Below, piece after piece: positions 60,545-64,000 of a stretch of DNA of 64,000 nucleotides. A program made the translations under genes and the position numbers. The stretch lies in contig CAVSOU010000010.1 of NCBI GenBank assembly GCA_963729625.1, positions 256,001 to 320,000 on the forward strand, in the 5' to 3' direction. The first letter of the stretch is position 1, and each line of letters opens with the position of its first letter. The notes under the pieces are model-generated. The model had not been told where the DNA came from. It did not search any database and saw nothing but the letters and a program-made list of their open reading frames with translations. This stretch comes from an uncultured bacterium. Its GTDB lineage: Bacteria > Chloroflexota > UBA5177 > JANWHV01.

Positions 60545-62743
60545 TTGTTCTACCGCCTCGGGGGCGCCATCTACTACCGGCGGTGGGTCGTGCTGGCCGT
60601 CTGGCTCGTCGCGTTGCTGGCAAGCATTCCATTCGCGCCGCGCGTGGGTTCGGCGCTCGACGGAGGTGGCTTCAGCAACGGCATCAGCGAGTCCGTTCTG
60701 GCAAACAATCTGCTTGTAACCGATCTGAAATTCAATCCCAGCCTCTCCATTGTCTTCTCCAGCACGAGCCTCCGTGCTGCGGATCCTCGCTTCCGTACAG
60801 CCGTGGATGCGGCACTCGGGCCGGCGGCTGGCTTGCCGCATGTGGTGCGCATCGATACAGAGTGGCAACACACGCTCCATCAGCTTGGCCAGCGATTCGT
60901 GTCGGTTGATGGCCATGCCGCTTTGGCCATCCTCGAGTTCGACAGCCAGCTCCAGAATGCCGACACGCTCGTCTCGCAGGTCCGGGGCGCCGTACGCAGC
61001 TCGACGCTGCGGGTGGTTGTCACGGGTGATGCCGCGGTAATTGACGATCTGCAGGTTATGTCTCAAGATGACCTGCAAAGAGTCGAAGTCTATGCGCTTC
61101 CGATTGCCTTGCTGCTCATAATCTTCGTCTTTGGCACGCTACCCGCATCGAGCTTGCCGCTTGCCCTTGGACTCTGCTCGGTGCTGCCAACCATGGCGCT
61201 GATCTTCGCTATTAGCCACGTCGCGGACCTCTCGGTCTTTTGCCTGAATATCACGACAATGATCGGGCTTGGCGTGAGTATCGACTACACGCTGTTCATC
61301 GTGAGCCGATTCCGGGAAGAGGTCCGGCGACATACGGTGGAAGATGCGATCGCCATTGCGGTCGGCACTGCCGGCCGTGCCGTTCTGTTCTCGGGCGTGA
61401 CGGTAATGGCAGGACTATCAGGGCTCTACATCTATCCGGCGGTGGCATTGCGGTCGATCGGGCTGGCTGGAAGCCTGGTTGTGCTCGTGTCGGTCGCGGC
61501 AGCGCTGACGCTGCTCCCAGCTTTATTGGGAGTCGTGGGCACGCACATCGAATCCATGCCCATCTTCCCGCGGAAGCCGTCCGAAAGGAGCCGGTTCTGG
61601 TTTGGGCTTGCAACGTGGGTTACGCGCCATCCATGGCCGGTGATCGTGGCGACGCTTGCGATTGTCGGCGCCATCGCGTCACCGATCGCGGTGACACGCC
61701 TGGGCATCGTCGACGCCACCATCCTACCTACGTCGGCGCAATCGCGTGCCGGGTTCGACATGCTCAATCAGCGGTTCCTGCAAGATCAGAACAACCCTAT
61801 CCTGGCGGTCGTGCATGCGCCGGACGACCTCTTGTCGCCGGCGCCGATGGGCGCACTATATGACTGGGTGCACGAGGTATCCGGCGACCGGGGCCTTGAC
61901 TCCCGGAGAACCCTTAGCCTGGTGACCACGGTTCCATTTGCGACTCGCGCCCAGTACCAGCGGATCCGCGCGTACATGCGCGCGCCGCAAATCTCTGCCA
62001 TCACGGCATCGTTCACCGGGAATGACAGCACTGTTATCGCGTTTCAGCCCACTCCGGGGCAGACCACTGGTCAGCTCGACGCTCTGGTTCAGAGGATACG
62101 GGCGACCCCTATCGGGGCCGGGCTGGTTCACTACATTGGGGGCACGCAGGCTGCAAGTATGGACTTCCTTGCCGGAGCCTACGCGAAGTTTCCACTCTGC
62201 CTCCTCGTGGTGGTGGCGGCTACCTATGCCGTGCTGCTGGTGTTCCTGCGCTCCGCCATACTGCCGCTGAAGGCGGTATTCATGAATGCGCTCAGCCTGA
62301 TCGGGGCTTACGGAGCAGTGGTCTGGATCTTCCAGCAGGGCCATCTCAATACCTTGTTCGACTTCACTCCAGCGGGCCATATCGACGATATCACGCCAAT
62401 CCTCTTGTTCTGCATACTGTTCGGATTATCGATGGACTACGAGGTATTTCTGCTGAGCCGGGTGCATGAGCAGTACTTGCTGACAGGCGACAATGCTGCG
62501 AGTGTGGCGCGCGGACTCGAGCGCATGGGAAGAATCATCACCGGAGCGGGCGCCATCCTGGTGGTGGTGGCCGGCAGCTTTGCCTTCGCCAACGTCGTGC
62601 TGATCAAAGCACTGGGTCTGGGCCTGGCGATTGCTATCTTCCTCGACGCAACGGTGATACGCTGCATGCTCGTTCCGGCTACCATCTGTGTGCTCGGGCA
62701 GTGGAATTGGTGGCTGCCCTTCCGCTCCTTGTGGCGCCGGTAG
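60545..62743 (+). CDS. MMPL family (RND) transporter
   Basis: GLGVSIDYTLFIVSRFREE, FGLSMDYEVFLLSR, DATVIR, LGQWNWWLP. Confidence 0.94.
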   Translation: MFYRLGGAIYYRRWVVLAVWLVALLASIPFAPRVGSALDGGGFSNGISESVLANNLLVTDLKFNPSLSIVFSSTSLRAADPRFRTAVDAALGPAAGLPHVVRIDTEWQHTLHQLGQRFVSVDGHAALAILEFDSQLQNADTLVSQVRGAVRSSTLRVVVTGDAAVIDDLQVMSQDDLQRVEVYALPIALLLIIFVFGTLPASSLPLALGLCSVLPTMALIFAISHVADLSVFCLNITTMIGLGVSIDYTLFIVSRFREEVRRHTVEDAIAIAVGTAGRAVLFSGVTVMAGLSGLYIYPAVALRSIGLAGSLVVLVSVAAALTLLPALLGVVGTHIESMPIFPRKPSERSRFWFGLATWVTRHPWPVIVATLAIVGAIASPIAVTRLGIVDATILPTSAQSRAGFDMLNQRFLQDQNNPILAVVHAPDDLLSPAPMGALYDWVHEVSGDRGLDSRRTLSLVTTVPFATRAQYQRIRAYMRAPQISAITASFTGNDSTVIAFQPTPGQTTGQLDALVQRIRATPIGAGLVHYIGGTQAASMDFLAGAYAKFPLCLLVVVAATYAVLLVFLRSAILPLKAVFMNALSLIGAYGAVVWIFQQGHLNTLFDFTPAGHIDDITPILLFCILFGLSMDYEVFLLSRVHEQYLLTGDNAASVARGLERMGRIITGAGAILVVVAGSFAFANVVLIKALGLGLAIAIFLDATVIRCMLVPATICVLGQWNWWLPFRSLWRR

Positions 62744-62943
62744 GCTCTTGAACCTCTCCTCGTCATTGCCGCATTTGGTGTCTGCCGTAACTGCACAGGC
62801 ACGCCGCCTGGCGTGCAGCCTGGGCCTGGAGCTCCGGTCACGATAGCACGCGTGCGGTACCCGTTCAGGGCCTCTCGAAAAGCCGGTGACCGTACGCGGT
62901 CAGCCTTGATTCGCCAATCCGGCCACCCTGGGATGCACGTGGT

Positions 62944-64000
62944 TCAACCTGCAATGATCGTTAAGCTCGGCTCGACGGTCGTCATGGGCTCGGCGCCTCC
63001 CTCCGTGACCAGGAAGGCATCCTCGAACCGGAATCCGCCCCAGGGCGCGAAGAACATCGGCACGTCGATTGACATGATCATTGATGCTTCAAGAACTTCG
63101 ACGTTGCTGGGACCGCAATACGGCGGCTCGAATTCCTGCAGGCCGACACTGTGCCCGACTCCATAAGCGCAGTACTTCGCGTAGCCGTGCTCGTCGAGCA
63201 ACGATCGAGCGGCGGCATCAACCACATTGCACGCCACGCCCGGACGCAGCGCCGCCACGCTGCGCCGCTGGGCCTCCAGCGCGACGTCAATGGCCGTGCG
63301 TAGTGGCGCCGGCGGCTCGCCGACGTGCACCAGGCGCGCTATCGGCGCGCAGTATCCTTCGTACCGCGCGGCGAATGTGAGGGAAACGAGGTCTCCGGGC
63401 TGCACCTGCCGATGGCCGGAGCGTGCAATGATCGGTCTCGAGTTCTCGGGGCCGGAAGCGACAATAGAGTCGATCGCGGCGCCCTCCGCACCTTCGGCAC
63501 GCATCGCATGTTCGGCGGCGGCGGCTATCTCGAATTCATAGGCGCCAACGTGGCACGCCTTCAGGGCGGCCAGCATGGCACGCTGGGCGAGTGAAAAGGC
63601 GTACCTCAGCACGGTCACCTCGTCGGCCGACTTGCGTTTCCGAAGGCCGACCAACACCTGATCGGCGCTCACTATCTCCGCTAATCCAAATGCTGGACGC
63701 AGACGCTCCCACACAGCCACCGACATCAGGTTGAGCCCGGCGATACCCACGCGGTGAGGGGTCGCGGCGCCGGCATCCCGCACGATGTCGGCCATGCGCT
63801 GCATCGCCAGGTATGGGTACTCTTCGCCAGGAACCCCGAACTCCTCAATCGCAACGATCTTTGGCGCCTCGGACACGAGAGCCGCATACGCCGCTGTCTC
63901 AGGGCCGGTTACCAACGTAGGATCACCCTGCGGAGCGAGCACCACGCAAGTGGGCTCGAAATGTGCAGGAAAGTTGACGAGGTACCGGACATCTCCCGGC
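62944..64000 (-). CDS. Xaa-Pro peptidase family (M24) protein, 5' end outside the window
   Basis: LRKRKSADE, IVASG, YEGY, GHSVGL, GGFRFED. Confidence 0.85.
   Translation of the reverse strand, partial: PGDVRYLVNFPAHFEPTCVVLAPQGDPTLVTGPETAAYAALVSEAPKIVAIEEFGVPGEEYPYLAMQRMADIVRDAGAATPHRVGIAGLNLMSVAVWERLRPAFGLAEIVSADQVLVGLRKRKSADEVTVLRYAFSLAQRAMLAALKACHVGAYEFEIAAAAEHAMRAEGAEGAAIDSIVASGPENSRPIIARSGHRQVQPGDLVSLTFAARYEGYCAPIARLVHVGEPPAPLRTAIDVALEAQRRSVAALRPGVACNVVDAAARSLLDEHGYAKYCAYGVGHSVGLQEFEPPYCGPSNVEVLEASMIMSIDVPMFFAPWGGFRFEDAFLVTEGGAEPMTTVEPSLTIIAG

Overview
High-GC bacterial core chromosome. The gene content suggests Chloroflexota or a close relative (inference from nusA without rimP, a short EF-Ts, rpmE-DUF1385-prfA-prmC and xerC-hslV-hslU-rpsB). 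Most of the window is housekeeping: nusA-ylxR-infB-rbfA-nrnA-truB-ribF, rnc, coaBC, rpmE, prfA/prmC, argF with ARG boxes, hemW, rdgB-rsmA-pth-mfd, xerC-hslVU, rpsB-tsf-pyrH-frr-uppS-cdsA-dxr-rseP, thrS with a T-box, and four tRNAs. A clear 28-bp dif site lies at 37915-37942, with a duplicated half-site next to it. The two most unusual items are intact but apparently catalytically degenerate DNA-metabolism genes. One is a 665-aa paralog of DNA polymerase III alpha (DnaE) that lacks the PHP domain and the catalytic aspartates. The other is a tyrosine-recombinase-like gene coupled to rnc, with a substituted active site and a QLTLF sliding-clamp-type motif. Other points of interest: a RibF with a degenerate kinase domain, a tRNA-Val gene running directly into the thrS T-box leader, an orphan Flp pilin with tandem palindromic operators, two single-G frameshifted genes, and a P55/Rv1410c-like MFS + MmpL + GT-C cluster. 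No CRISPR array, rRNA or transposase was seen. All protein calls come from motif recognition by eye; no database search was run.
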